A program made the translations under genes and the position numbers. Positions 43,211-55,200 of a stretch of 64,000 nt of DNA are shown piece after piece. The notes beneath the pieces are model-generated. The model had not been told where the DNA came from. It did no database searches and saw only the letters and a program-made list of their open reading frames with translations. Numbering within the stretch: the first letter of the stretch is position 1; the number at the start of each line of letters is the position of its first letter. This DNA comes from a virus. Location: positions 1 through 64,000 of IMG/VR virus record IMGVR_UViG_3300032238_000336; one strand, written 5' to 3'.

Positions 43211-43402
43211 TCATTTAACTAAAGAACGTAAAAGTAATTTAATTTCATCAATATCATTTTTGATAGTATCAATTTCAGTTTTTTGATTTATAATAATATT
43301 TTTAACTTTTAAGTATTCATTATATTCTGCATCACTGCAATTTAAAATCGCATTACTAGTTTCATCCCGGTAAAGTTCACTATGTCCTTTTACTGGTATC
43401 AT
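43211..43402 (-). CDS. Small conserved hypothetical protein
   Basis: IPVKGHSELYRDETSNAILN...IDEIKLLL; ATGA overlap with the upstream gene. Confidence 0.75.
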   Translation of the reverse strand: MIPVKGHSELYRDETSNAILNCSDAEYNEYLKVKNIIINQKTEIDTIKNDIDEIKLLLRSLVK

Positions 43403-46400
43403 AATGTTGCTATTGCCCTCAGATTTTTAATTCTAGGAACAAATGATTGATTTGTTCCAGTCATTATAATTTTAATTTGGAATCCATTAAATACCGGCAA
43501 GTTTGAATCTGTATACTCATAACTTCTAAAATCATTAGAACTGATTGAGGGTGATACAAAAGTATCAGAATTTCCAGTATTTTTAGAATAGTTTATAATA
43601 TTTCCATTTTCATCTAGGTTATTATACCCTGGGAATAACTCATAGTTTTGTTTTTGATTTGGACTATCATTTCTGAATAATCTATACATAACTTTAATTT
43701 CATTAGTAGAATGTCTATATGCATCTAATAAAACCTTTAGACTATCTGCGGATTTTGCAAGATTTATTTGCTTAGAAATATAAATCGCAGAGTTGGGATC
43801 CGTATCAATTCCATTTACTCTTGGGTCAAGTGTAAAATCTAATACTGGACTATCGATACGGTTCATTACTGTAATCAAACTAACTCGGTCTAAGTCAATG
43901 ATTGGTGATACTTTGGAATCATTAGTTGATAACACCATTTCTAAAGTAAAAGATTTTTTACCTGGGAAATCTCCAAGTCTATCTTCTTCATTCACTTTGG
44001 AGCAAATAATTCTAGTACTAGAAAGATAGTTGTTAGAATTTAAAGAAATATTTTCATAACCATTATCGATATATGGAACTTCATTGCCACTTACACTAGT
44101 TCCAGTAAAGGTTCTAATTCTACTTTCAATAGTAGTAGAGTTCGGTAGTAATGTTTGAACATTTGGTTTTACTAAATTGAAAGCAATATTTTGAGTTGCC
44201 TTTGGTCCAACCATCGAATCAGTTTGTGGAGTTGTATAAAGATAAGAACCACCTGACTTTGTAGAATTGAAAAATAATTTGGGACCTGTAATATTATTAT
44301 CCAATGTTCTATTAATTCCACCAGAAGACATATTGAGATGGATATAATAACTATCAATTTCAATAGGAGATTTTATATTATGAGTTTTATTAATTCTTCT
44401 TAATGATATTCCATTAAATTCATATTTAAATACCAAATCATTTTGTTTATGTAAATTTAATTTAGTTGTATCGATTGCTCTAAGTATTCCTCCTAGGGTA
44501 TTGGTATTAGTATTAACACTAGTGTATTGAATAATCTCATCATTTATCAAAATATAACCAGGATTTCCAGGTCCAACTGGAATATTTTCAAAAGTAGTAA
44601 AGATATTGACGTTAGATAATTTAATATCTGAAGTTGATGTTGAAGGATATTCGGAAGAAAGAGTAACTGGAGAGACATCAGATTCTATTCCACTTAGAGA
44701 AACAATAGAATTTTCAAAATACATTCCGTGATTTGAATGGGATACTTTTAAATATGTTCCAGTATTGATTGAAGAATATGAACTTACATATGCATTTGTA
44801 ATTGATATTCCATTAGAAACAATATAATCTATGGATGTATTAGTATTATTATCGACAGTTCCTTGGATATTATCAATTTTAATTGAATTAAATGCAGAGA
44901 TGATTCCCACATTATTTGGTATACTAAGAACTAGGTTCTTGCCGAAATTATCAGTATTACTATAGTTTATAGTTAATGTATCTCCAACTGCATATCCAGA
45001 ACCACCCGAACTTACTGTCGCAGAACTTACTTTACCAAAAGCATCAGTAACAATGTTTGCGGTTGCTCCACTTCCATAACCTGTGATATTTACTATATTT
45101 ACATTTGAATAAGTTGTGGATGGAATAAATCCAGTGCCAGAATCATTTATTGATAACGTAGTCCCTATTCCGATAGATCCTAATATGGAAACTAATCTTC
45201 CTGAGAAGTAAGGATTATTTAATTGAGTAATTCCAGCACCAACTTTTAAATTTGAAATATCAGTTGGAGTTAAACTCTTGCCCAACCCTACAATAGCAGA
45301 TTGGGAATAAGCAGAAATTGGGTTAGGGGACAATGATACTATTTGATGATTTCCAATATTTAACTCTGGATTATAGAATCTTACAGAACCTGAAGTGTCA
45401 AAGTCAGCTCTATATAATACAAATTTTAAGTCTTCTAACTGACTTGGTTCCCAAGTGGAACCATTCTGAGACTTAAATAAAGACCCAAGGGTTGGTTGTT
45501 GAGAGATTATAATTTTTTCAGAATCTGGTTTGTTAATAGTAGAAACATCAGTTTCTCCCATTCTAGAAATCCAAACAGTATAAGAATCAGATGCTGATAC
45601 TAATACTAATGCATATCCACTACCCGTTTGTTCTAAATATACTGGAGATGGGAATACAAAAGTAGTAGGAACTGTTCCATCTTCCGAGATATTTACATCT
45701 TTTGCTTCCATAACAGTTTCTGCAAATGGTAAAACCTGTTGAGTAGGAGTTCCATTTTGCATAGTTCTAATCTGCAAGGTAACTGGAATATTATTAGTAT
45801 CTTTTGAACGGAAGAATATATCACATTTTGTAATGAATACTCCATTAGTATCTGCTACCTCAAATGATTGTGCTAAAGGGTCTACCCACCTATTTGTAGT
45901 TCTAGTATTAGAATCAAAAATTGTATTTGTTGTGGTTGTTGCGTTTCTAATTCTAAGAGTGGTTTCTTGAGTATTATTTAAAGTTCCACTTGAAGTAAAT
46001 ACTGCATCCGCTGAACTATCAGAAATACCAGTAATTTGAGAATTTGATGAACTACTAGTTAGGGTTAGTGTCTTACTTCCAGTAAGGAAAGTTGGAGTAG
46101 ATGGCAGATTAGAATCCGGAATAAAAAGAGATGCAATTAAAGTACCACTAGAGTCTGAAATTAATCTTAAATCTGAAATGGTAGCTATAGCACCACTTGT
46201 GTCTCCTATCAGTTGCATACCAATCGAAACGCAACCATAAAACTGTGAAGTAGATTTCAGTTGTAAACTAAATGTATCCACATTCAATAATGTAGAAGTA
46301 GGTGAATAAACACTAGGTAATCCTAATGAAATTTGATATGGATTTACATCATAGATTTCCGTAGGTGCATTGTACGGACCATATTTGTGATTTTGAGAAG

Positions 46401-49400
46401 CAAGTCTAAATGAAATATTTTTAGTACCTAATACTCCAGTTACAGTTTCTCCTGCTTGGAAAGTTCCACTTACCATCTTCACTTCCAAAAGTTTTGGAAT
46501 GAAGTATTGATTCATATCTTTACTATCAAAAAATCCATAGAATCTAGTATTTGGTTTTAGTCTTTTTGCAACAACTTCAATATTTCTAGACCTCATTTCG
46601 AGAATAATACTTTGAGAAACTATATTAGAAGAAGTAGTTGCATCAAACTTCTCATTCACTTGAACTTGAGTTCCAGTCCTGTTAACTGTTGTTACATCTG
46701 TAACTAATCTTCTTCCGCTTCCTCTTGGGTCTATTGTAATATTTGATTCATTCCAAGAATTCCATTGTGCTGGAGCAAATCCAGTGTTACTATCTGCACC
46801 CAATGAAGATATAGTTGAATTATAATTCCCTTCCACATTTACAGTATTACTACCGATGACTTTAGATTCAAACCAACTATCACTAGATGGGTGCAATGCT
46901 ATAGATCCTAACCAGTTAATAACATTAAATGGATTTACATTTTCAACTCTAGATGAGAATCTATTTTTAACATATTCTACATCTCTGTAGTTTAAACAAA
47001 CTATATCACCTACTTTTTTAATATTTGGAGATCCTAAATCGTTAACGTATCTGGGGTCTGCATCTGGGTTATATACTATACCAGTGCCACTTACTAACTC
47101 AGACCCAAGTAACAAATCAATAGAAGTGGTATAATGTTGGGGTCTTAAAGTCTCATTCTCTAAATCAATACTTGATTTAAAACTAAGATTCTGAGAATCT
47201 CCCCCATCTAAGCTCTTAAAATTATCTACAAAAAATCCACACTTAAATTTATTTAAATTAGTCTGAGAATCTCTAATAGTTAAATTTTTAGTATCGGTCT
47301 CTAATAAAGATAACGAAGTGTAATATTCTACATTTGATACTCTATCATCTATATTAGAAATATCTTTCATAGTATATCTCTTATGTGGAGATAGAACAAT
47401 ATTGCAATCATCTACATTATACAAATATGCAGGTAAATAAATTGTAGCAACTTCTAATGCTGAATCTAAAGTATTAGGCAATGTTGGAGTTATTGAAGGA
47501 ACTCCGGTATTAATAACAAAATTTCCATCTTTAGTTAAAAATAATTTATCAATTCTTGGTAAATAATATGAATATGATAGATTTATTGTTTTATCCTTAG
47601 CAAAAATATATGGAGATGACCCATACTCTGAAGAAAATACTCTTGAACTAAATTCAAATGGAGACGCATTTCCCGAGTATGTGGAAACTCTTGGCCTTAA
47701 ATCAATAATATCAGTAGATCTTATTCCATTAAATACTGGTATATTAAATGAATACCTATCTTTGTCGTATGAGTTTACTCCAACGAAATCACCATCATCA
47801 TCGGGTTTAATAGTATAGTTATTGTAGATTATTTTAAGTTTTTTTGTTGGACTCTCAGCATTCGACTTTCGTATAATTCTTGAAAAATCTAAAAACTCTT
47901 TTCTGTATCCATTATCAAAAATATAAGAATTTCTAATATTTTTATCCCCTACTGAAACTGAAAATACGGTTCCCTTTACATTAGATACTTCAAATGTAAC
48001 TTCTTCATTGATAATAAATCTATTCTCATTTAAATATACTAAATTTACTTTATTATTAATAGTTGAAACTAACGTAGCAACTGCATTACTTTTAGTTCCA
48101 ATAATCTTTTCACCAATACTAGAATTTAAAATATTAGAATTTAAATTAGTTAGAGTAATTGATGGTAGTTGCGGTTCATTAGTAGTTGAAGATTCATATA
48201 CCGCTAAAACAGATTCAACATCTGGAATATTTAAAGATATTTCTTTATCTTCTACCCTTAAACCGTATACATTGCTGAGAGTTAGACCACTTGTAGAAGT
48301 AGATACTCCAGAAATAGTTTTATCTATAACTAATGTAGAGCAAGGATTATATATTTTTTTACGAGTCTTAGTATTAACTTTTTTAAATGTTACTGTAAGT
48401 ATAGCACCATTTGAATTTGGAGGAATGCCTTGTATTGTTATAGTTTTATTGTTAGTTATTACTTTCTGATTATCTAATGAAACTATAACTCCATCTGAAA
48501 ATGCTAAAGTATAATCTTCCTCATCAAATGGTTCTAAAGTTAAATCTTGATTGCCAGACTCTAATGTTACAGTATATGAACCTGTAGTAAAATTACCAGG
48601 AGCAATATTATATGACTTTTTGATGATTACGTCAGAACTTTCAAGATTTAAATTTGAAATGTTTTTATTATGCAATTCAGAATACAAATAAGCATTGGAT
48701 GTATTCAATAGTTCTAATGTAATTTTTTTAAAATCATTTACTGTAGATACTGCAGTTGGTAAACTACCTAAACATACATTAGGGACATCTACAGTAGGAA
48801 TGATTGTTATTGATTTTAGTGTTGGACTAATATTAGATACTTTACTGTATGTTGGTAGTTTGGAACTTCCAATAGTGTACGATACAATATCTCCTACATT
48901 TATTCCAGAATAGAAATTTTGATTTGAACTAGTTACTGTACTTATTCCAGAAGTACCATCCGAGATTGAGAATGAACTAGAAGAACCTAGTATTACTTCT
49001 TTAGACAACAATACGTCAGCAGTAAACCCATTTTGATATAATTGATGAATATCAGAAATTCCATAATCTCTAACGGATCTAATAGTTCTAGTATCATCTA
49101 TGCCATTAATTTTGATTTGTTCTCCTATTAGGAAAGTTCCGGAAACTTGATATAATGATACTTCATTTGAGTTTGTTACATTAGACACTAAATATCCAGA
49201 AGCTCCACCATTTTTACCTTCAATAAAAGCAGGAACAGGTATAGTAGAAATATCTGAGTTTAAAGTGAGTTCAGTATATGTTTGAATATCATATAAAGAA
49301 CATTCAAATTTTGTAGATGAATCTACATATTCAGAATTTTTAAGTTTAAAGTCGTATACTCTTGCTACACCAATTTCAGTTCCGGATGGAAAACCAGTAC

Positions 49401-50679
49401 TTAACGTTCTATCACTGTATAATTTTACAATAGAAGTTGTATTAATTCCAACGGGAATGCTTCTACATACATTATTCAATATTATTTGCTTACCTATACT
49501 GAATGGTATAGACTCATTAATTACGGTAGTAGTCTGTCTGGGTTTACTAATATCAATTTGAGAAGTGGTAATAGTTTCTACTTCATATCCTTTAACATAG
49601 GCCTTACCTACATCTATACTAAGACAAGCTAAATCATTAGAAGGATTATTTCCCTCTGCAGTTTGTTGCCCTAGATTATAAATGCCATTATTTCCAATTT
49701 TATTATTCAATGATTCATTTAATGTAACTTTAAATGGTTTTACATAATAGTTTCCAGACTCATCATAAGTTCTTCTTGCAAGTTCATCAGTTAATAAACT
49801 ATTAGTTGTAGTTTTTGTAATTTTTTCTACAATACCATTTTTTACTCTTAATAATTCAATAAAATTTTCATCATTGAAGTCATCTAATGATTTTTTAATT
49901 AAAGTAGTATTAATAACTAATCTATCTGCACCAGATGATGTATAATTTGAAAATCCCTGAGCATTATCAAACAAATCATTATATTCATTAGATGCTACAG
50001 CAAAGTCTTCTTGAATTAATAGACCAATTCTATATGATGGAGTATTTGTGTATTGGTCTAAAATGACTGTTTGTGGTGAAACTTCTACAAAATATCCTCT
50101 AATAAAATATACACCTGCTGCTATTTTTGCAGCAGTTCCTACAGAAGTAGATTCTGAAGAAATTGTAGTTGCAAAAGTAGAATTTGCTCGTAATGAAGAT
50201 ACTGAATAGTCAACATCTTCAAGAATAATCAAGTTTTCAGAATCATTAAATTTACTTAATCCAAAATTATTAGTATCAGAGCTTTGATACTTTATATAAA
50301 GTGTATAATTTGATCTATCAGAATCTACATTAGTAATATAATTGTCTATTTTTGCTTTAACTCCACTAGTTTCACCTTGAATCAGTTTTCCTACAAGATT
50401 ATCAATATATGCAGATACGGGAATACCTAAATGAGAATCGTTAATTTCAACACAAGTATAATTAAAATCATAAGCAATTTGTCCAGGTATAACTACTGAC
50501 CCTTCTTTGAAAAAATGATTACCAAATTTTTCAATTTGATTTTGTAAGATGGATTGTAATGTAGTAATTTCCCTTGCTTGAATGGAAGTCCCTGGTTTAA
50601 AAAGTACCTTATAATAATTTTTTAAAGGATCAAAATCATCGTAATATGGAAAAATGTTGAGATTTGTATTTTGAGCCAT
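43399..50679 (-). CDS. Large virion structural protein (VrlC-like, DUF4815-type)
   Basis: TNLNIFPYYDDFD..KNYYKVLFKPG..IQARE.T.LQSILQNQIEKFG...SGADR...LARRTYDESGNY...DPLAQSF. Confidence 0.88.
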   Translation of the reverse strand: MAQNTNLNIFPYYDDFDPLKNYYKVLFKPGTSIQAREITTLQSILQNQIEKFGNHFFKEGSVVIPGQIAYDFNYTCVEINDSHLGIPVSAYIDNLVGKLIQGETSGVKAKIDNYITNVDSDRSNYTLYIKYQSSDTNNFGLSKFNDSENLIILEDVDYSVSSLRANSTFATTISSESTSVGTAAKIAAGVYFIRGYFVEVSPQTVILDQYTNTPSYRIGLLIQEDFAVASNEYNDLFDNAQGFSNYTSSGADRLVINTTLIKKSLDDFNDENFIELLRVKNGIVEKITKTTTNSLLTDELARRTYDESGNYYVKPFKVTLNESLNNKIGNNGIYNLGQQTAEGNNPSNDLACLSIDVGKAYVKGYEVETITTSQIDISKPRQTTTVINESIPFSIGKQIILNNVCRSIPVGINTTSIVKLYSDRTLSTGFPSGTEIGVARVYDFKLKNSEYVDSSTKFECSLYDIQTYTELTLNSDISTIPVPAFIEGKNGGASGYLVSNVTNSNEVSLYQVSGTFLIGEQIKINGIDDTRTIRSVRDYGISDIHQLYQNGFTADVLLSKEVILGSSSSFSISDGTSGISTVTSSNQNFYSGINVGDIVSYTIGSSKLPTYSKVSNISPTLKSITIIPTVDVPNVCLGSLPTAVSTVNDFKKITLELLNTSNAYLYSELHNKNISNLNLESSDVIIKKSYNIAPGNFTTGSYTVTLESGNQDLTLEPFDEEDYTLAFSDGVIVSLDNQKVITNNKTITIQGIPPNSNGAILTVTFKKVNTKTRKKIYNPCSTLVIDKTISGVSTSTSGLTLSNVYGLRVEDKEISLNIPDVESVLAVYESSTTNEPQLPSITLTNLNSNILNSSIGEKIIGTKSNAVATLVSTINNKVNLVYLNENRFIINEEVTFEVSNVKGTVFSVSVGDKNIRNSYIFDNGYRKEFLDFSRIIRKSNAESPTKKLKIIYNNYTIKPDDDGDFVGVNSYDKDRYSFNIPVFNGIRSTDIIDLRPRVSTYSGNASPFEFSSRVFSSEYGSSPYIFAKDKTINLSYSYYLPRIDKLFLTKDGNFVINTGVPSITPTLPNTLDSALEVATIYLPAYLYNVDDCNIVLSPHKRYTMKDISNIDDRVSNVEYYTSLSLLETDTKNLTIRDSQTNLNKFKCGFFVDNFKSLDGGDSQNLSFKSSIDLENETLRPQHYTTSIDLLLGSELVSGTGIVYNPDADPRYVNDLGSPNIKKVGDIVCLNYRDVEYVKNRFSSRVENVNPFNVINWLGSIALHPSSDSWFESKVIGSNTVNVEGNYNSTISSLGADSNTGFAPAQWNSWNESNITIDPRGSGRRLVTDVTTVNRTGTQVQVNEKFDATTSSNIVSQSIILEMRSRNIEVVAKRLKPNTRFYGFFDSKDMNQYFIPKLLEVKMVSGTFQAGETVTGVLGTKNISFRLASQNHKYGPYNAPTEIYDVNPYQISLGLPSVYSPTSTLLNVDTFSLQLKSTSQFYGCVSIGMQLIGDTSGAIATISDLRLISDSSGTLIASLFIPDSNLPSTPTFLTGSKTLTLTSSSSNSQITGISDSSADAVFTSSGTLNNTQETTLRIRNATTTTNTIFDSNTRTTNRWVDPLAQSFEVADTNGVFITKCDIFFRSKDTNNIPVTLQIRTMQNGTPTQQVLPFAETVMEAKDVNISEDGTVPTTFVFPSPVYLEQTGSGYALVLVSASDSYTVWISRMGETDVSTINKPDSEKIIISQQPTLGSLFKSQNGSTWEPSQLEDLKFVLYRADFDTSGSVRFYNPELNIGNHQIVSLSPNPISAYSQSAIVGLGKSLTPTDISNLKVGAGITQLNNPYFSGRLVSILGSIGIGTTLSINDSGTGFIPSTTYSNVNIVNITGYGSGATANIVTDAFGKVSSATVSSGGSGYAVGDTLTINYSNTDNFGKNLVLSIPNNVGIISAFNSIKIDNIQGTVDNNTNTSIDYIVSNGISITNAYVSSYSSINTGTYLKVSHSNHGMYFENSIVSLSGIESDVSPVTLSSEYPSTSTSDIKLSNVNIFTTFENIPVGPGNPGYILINDEIIQYTSVNTNTNTLGGILRAIDTTKLNLHKQNDLVFKYEFNGISLRRINKTHNIKSPIEIDSYYIHLNMSSGGINRTLDNNITGPKLFFNSTKSGGSYLYTTPQTDSMVGPKATQNIAFNLVKPNVQTLLPNSTTIESRIRTFTGTSVSGNEVPYIDNGYENISLNSNNYLSSTRIICSKVNEEDRLGDFPGKKSFTLEMVLSTNDSKVSPIIDLDRVSLITVMNRIDSPVLDFTLDPRVNGIDTDPNSAIYISKQINLAKSADSLKVLLDAYRHSTNEIKVMYRLFRNDSPNQKQNYELFPGYNNLDENGNIINYSKNTGNSDTFVSPSISSNDFRSYEYTDSNLPVFNGFQIKIIMTGTNQSFVPRIKNLRAIATL

Positions 50680-50686
50680 TTTTTTA

Positions 50687-52237
50687 TCAGAACTCCAGTA
50701 TTATTTTGATATCTTCTTTTTGACTTACAGACCTTGGAATTGCTTGCCTGGTATCTATGTAAAGTAGTTCACCGGAACCTTTTACATATTCTGAGGAAGA
50801 AATACCTGATGTGAAAGTAGTTCCTAGACGATAGATTTTATTATTTATAGTGGTAGAAATTCCACTAAATGAGGTATCAATTAATAATGGAGAAGGAGTG
50901 AATTCGCAATTAATAATAGTAGACCCACCTACCCCAACATTTGAACTAAATTCGTTTATACCATAACTAACTTCACTTTTAGCTAGTCCTACGGGTTGAT
51001 AATACTTCAATACTCCAGTAGTATTATCCCAAGATGCCACAAATCCAATAGCTGTAGTCCCAGTACTTATAGTTTGAGTAATTACATTATCTATTGGATA
51101 AACTGTATTAGTTGAAGTAGTTTTTAATTTTAAAGATTTTAATCCACTTACATAAGTATTATCAGTATTAACTGTTGGATTTTTTATAATACCAACAGTA
51201 GCAAAATCATTTCCAACAATTGCATCTGGGTTATCTTGGTCAGTTTCATATCGAGAATATACTAAAACTCGATATGCTCCAAGTTCTCTATACACATCAT
51301 ACCCGTGTCCTCCTTTGGGGGGTATAATGACATCAAATTGAGCAGAATTATTTGTATCTGTTAAACTTAAAGATGAAGGAATTCCCGGAGCCCCCGGTTC
51401 AAATTTAATAATACCTTTAGTATATCCCATACCGCCATCTGTAACAATAATCTCTGAAACTTCACCAAAGGAATTAGTTATAATTGTAACTTTTCCTCCA
51501 GTTCCATCTCCTAATATAGGTATATCATTATAAGTAGTAGATTTTGTATATCCCAATCCTCTACTTCTAATCGATACTACTTCTACTTTTCCATCAGTGG
51601 CATTATTTTTTATTGAAATACTTTCTCCACTAGTTCCCCAGTTTTCGGGAACGGGAATAAAATTTACACTATCAAATTTTACAAATTCAATAGGTTTAAT
51701 TGTATATAAGTATTTCCAAATATATCCATCCCCACTAGTTCCAGCAGGACTTGCTTCTAATCCTACAAATGTCGGTTGGTCTAATGATGGGTTTCCTTTT
51801 GGATTTTCAGGAGTAGCACCATTGTTTAAACAAATATAAACTCTAAAGTCTTCATTTATTACATAATAATTTGCATCATATAAAGAAGTTGAATTTGTTA
51901 TAGGTGAAAGATTATACGCATTATAATCATTTCTATACATTTCATAAGTAGTTCCTGATACCCACTGTTCCTTTCTAATAACTCTAGAAACATCTGAAGT
52001 TAATATTTTTTTTAAAGTTATTATAGTATCTTTTACATTACTTTCATTTGCAAAACTATCTAATGGTGGAGGGGGAGATACTTGCCAAGATGGGGTTCCT
52101 CCTGCTTCTGGATTTAATGAATTTGGTTGACCTATAAAAGTATAATAATTATTTGCAGTACTACCAATAGAAACTAATGATTTAACAAAAGTTTCTGCAT
52201 TCATTATTCTAAACTGATCTGATATAATTGCAGACAT
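50687..52237 (-). CDS. gp8: Baseplate wedge subunit (T4 gp8)
   Basis: MSAIISDQFRI.NA...RVYICLNNG...DGYIWKYLYTI...IIPPKGGHG...QKEDIKIILEF. Confidence 0.9.
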   Translation of the reverse strand: MSAIISDQFRIMNAETFVKSLVSIGSTANNYYTFIGQPNSLNPEAGGTPSWQVSPPPPLDSFANESNVKDTIITLKKILTSDVSRVIRKEQWVSGTTYEMYRNDYNAYNLSPITNSTSLYDANYYVINEDFRVYICLNNGATPENPKGNPSLDQPTFVGLEASPAGTSGDGYIWKYLYTIKPIEFVKFDSVNFIPVPENWGTSGESISIKNNATDGKVEVVSIRSRGLGYTKSTTYNDIPILGDGTGGKVTIITNSFGEVSEIIVTDGGMGYTKGIIKFEPGAPGIPSSLSLTDTNNSAQFDVIIPPKGGHGYDVYRELGAYRVLVYSRYETDQDNPDAIVGNDFATVGIIKNPTVNTDNTYVSGLKSLKLKTTSTNTVYPIDNVITQTISTGTTAIGFVASWDNTTGVLKYYQPVGLAKSEVSYGINEFSSNVGVGGSTIINCEFTPSPLLIDTSFSGISTTINNKIYRLGTTFTSGISSSEYVKGSGELLYIDTRQAIPRSVSQKEDIKIILEF

Positions 52238-52263
52238 TTTAACTTAATATTTTTATATATTTA

Positions 52264-55200
52264 TCAAAGTAATAGAGGGACTGTTCTGGAAACTTGAGAT
52301 GAAGTAGATAGACCAATTAATCCGTTATCGGTATTCACATCGAATTGTTTAGGAGTTCCCAATTGTCGATTATCATAATCATAGAATTTACCCCAACTAT
52401 AATTTCCATAAAAACTAGTTTGTGATAATCCTGCAATATTTACAGATAATCCACCATCTACAGCAACAAAATTGCATTTAACGGTAACAATTCCTGCGTT
52501 AGGTAGTGTTACATCTTCTACTCTATACACACCATCTATAAAACTTCTTGCAGTTCCAACTTTTGAATTTGGATAATTGGACATCCCACCTAAACTATCG
52601 GTTATTCCAGTCAATGCGTGTCCGCATATTACATTACTATTAGAAATTACAAAGTAGTCTCCAATTTCTAGTTGACTTGAATTAATTCCAAAAGTATTTA
52701 AAGAACTATATCCAATTCCTAAATTATCATTATCATATGTATTTGATTTTAGTTCAAAGTCTATTCTTCCAGTTTGTATTCCAGGAGAAGATGCAAATGT
52801 GTTAATTCCAACTATAGAACCATAATCTCCTTTAACCTTTACTGAAGTAAGTTTTTCATATTTTATTATGTCTAATGAAGTATAATCTAAAATATTAATA
52901 TTTCTCTTGAATTCTGGTAATCTATTTGGACCGGAATCTAATTCACTGAAATATGGAAATGCATCATTTACATAAACTGCAGTATCATTGATACCTACAG
53001 AATTGATTAAGAATGTGTTAGGAATAATATTAGATTTTAAAGTCGTTCTTGATTTAGAAATCAAAGAACCATTGATAATTCTATCCGCAGTTTGTTTAGT
53101 CCAACTTAGAGGTCTAGCAGTATTTGTGATGCCATATCCAGTATAAACAAAAGTATCTAAAGTATTTGATTGTACTATTCTTTTAACAACTCGTTCTAAT
53201 TGTTCTGTAGTTATTGCAGAGGTTATATTTTGTCTAGATTGTAAAATATCCCCATCTTTTATAGTTTGAACTGGAGTGACCTCCTCCACATCAGAACTAG
53301 ACCCCCTATAGAATAATATAGTGCAAGTTGATCCAGAAGAAGGAGGCTCTGTAAATAATATTCTTCCAGCAAAGTATCTGTATGCTACAGTCGGTACTTG
53401 TAAAATACCATTAATAAGAATAAAGAAATTATTTTCGATAGTTAAATCTGAACCCGAAGGAACTTTAAATGTAATTCTAGTATCAATTCCATTCACGGGA
53501 GTTGTTATATCAAATAATCTTTCAAAACCATTAAATTTATTTGAAATATCATTAAACTGTATGAACTGTCCAGGATAATAACCACTAAAGATATCAGAAA
53601 CAGTTTCAGTTACAGTTAATTTAAATTCATCAAATAAATTCCCCGCAGTTGGGTCTGTAGTTAATCCTACTACTCTTAGAACATCTCCTACTTTATATAA
53701 AGAACCTGGGTCATTTAATAAGAAATTTCCAATACTTGTATCACTTGCAACTAAAATCGATACTTTAGCACCAGTTCCTAATCCAGAATTTTCTGGAGCA
53801 TATTCTACATCTAAGTTATAATATGGCAAAGGAGTATCGATATTTACAATAGGAACCGAAGTTGAAGTGTAACCACTTCCTGGATTCACGATTGTAAATC
53901 CAGTTATAGTTCCAGATGCTCCTACATTAGCAACAATGGACGCCCCGGTTCCAACTATGGAACCTAGGTTAATATATGGAGAGGTTCTATACCCGCTTCC
54001 TGCCCCTGTAAGATACACATTAGAGATAGTGCCTAATCCAGAAACAGAAACTGTTGCAGCAGCACCTACAAGAGGCACATAACCAAAGGCAGTATTGATA
54101 CCAACATTTAAAATCTTACCGGAATTTGGAATTCCTGTTAAATAACTAATCTCATTTGCATTACTATTTTGAATTGTGAAATCAGTTTCAGGAACCTGTA
54201 GTACATTGTTTATGAATACTAATGGGTTATTACTCGCATTAGTTCCATAGTTTCTATTATTATAAATTTGTGTTATATTATTTTGATTTTCTTTTAAAAT
54301 GAATGTAGATAGTCCTGTAAACTGGTCTGAGATATCATCAAAAATAAGATTTTTATCATCTGGATATGCAGGGTCAAATTTTCTACTGAATACTCTACCT
54401 GAGAAAGAAGATGATACTTTTAGTCCTTCTAACCCAGTAGGACCTTGTGGGGGAGATGTAAAGAATATAGTGTCTTCAATGATATTATAATCACCTCTGA
54501 TGATATTAATATCAGACCCAGATGTATGATTATTTTCTTGAGTTCCTAGGAAACCTCGTTCAACATTTATTACATTAGTTGAACCTATACCTACATTAAT
54601 TATTTTTAGGAGTTCATCATTAATTTTAAGAATATCAATAGTTGAAATGGAACTTATTCCCGAGTTCACATAAATTGAATTTATTCCCACATTAGCATCA
54701 TTCACTAATCCTAAAGTGATTGGTCTATTGTAGAGTGGTTTTTGTATAATATTATCAATAGAAATTAAAGCATTAGCATTTGGATTATCTACAGTAAATT
54801 TATGAGTTCCTATTCCTAAACTAGTTAGTTCTAATCTTGTAGATGTAGATAGACCGGATACTTGGAAACTATTGTCATTAATTTTATTAACATATAACGT
54901 TGAAGGTAATATATCTGTAGATATTCCTCCTGAAACTAAGTTAGTAGTAGTAATTCTAATAGGAGTGCCACCTTGATATGAATAGAATATTTTTTGACCA
55001 GTTTGTAAGTTATGATTGGTAATATTAAAACTATAGGTAGTCAAATTTACAATAGAACTATCATTGGAGTTAAAAGTTCTACTGAAGAGAGGGATATTTT
55101 TATTAGTTAATTTGAATGAACTAATTCCAGATACTATATTACCATTTAATCTTCTAGAAAAACTTAATCTTTCAGTTACTATTCCTGAATATGATTTATG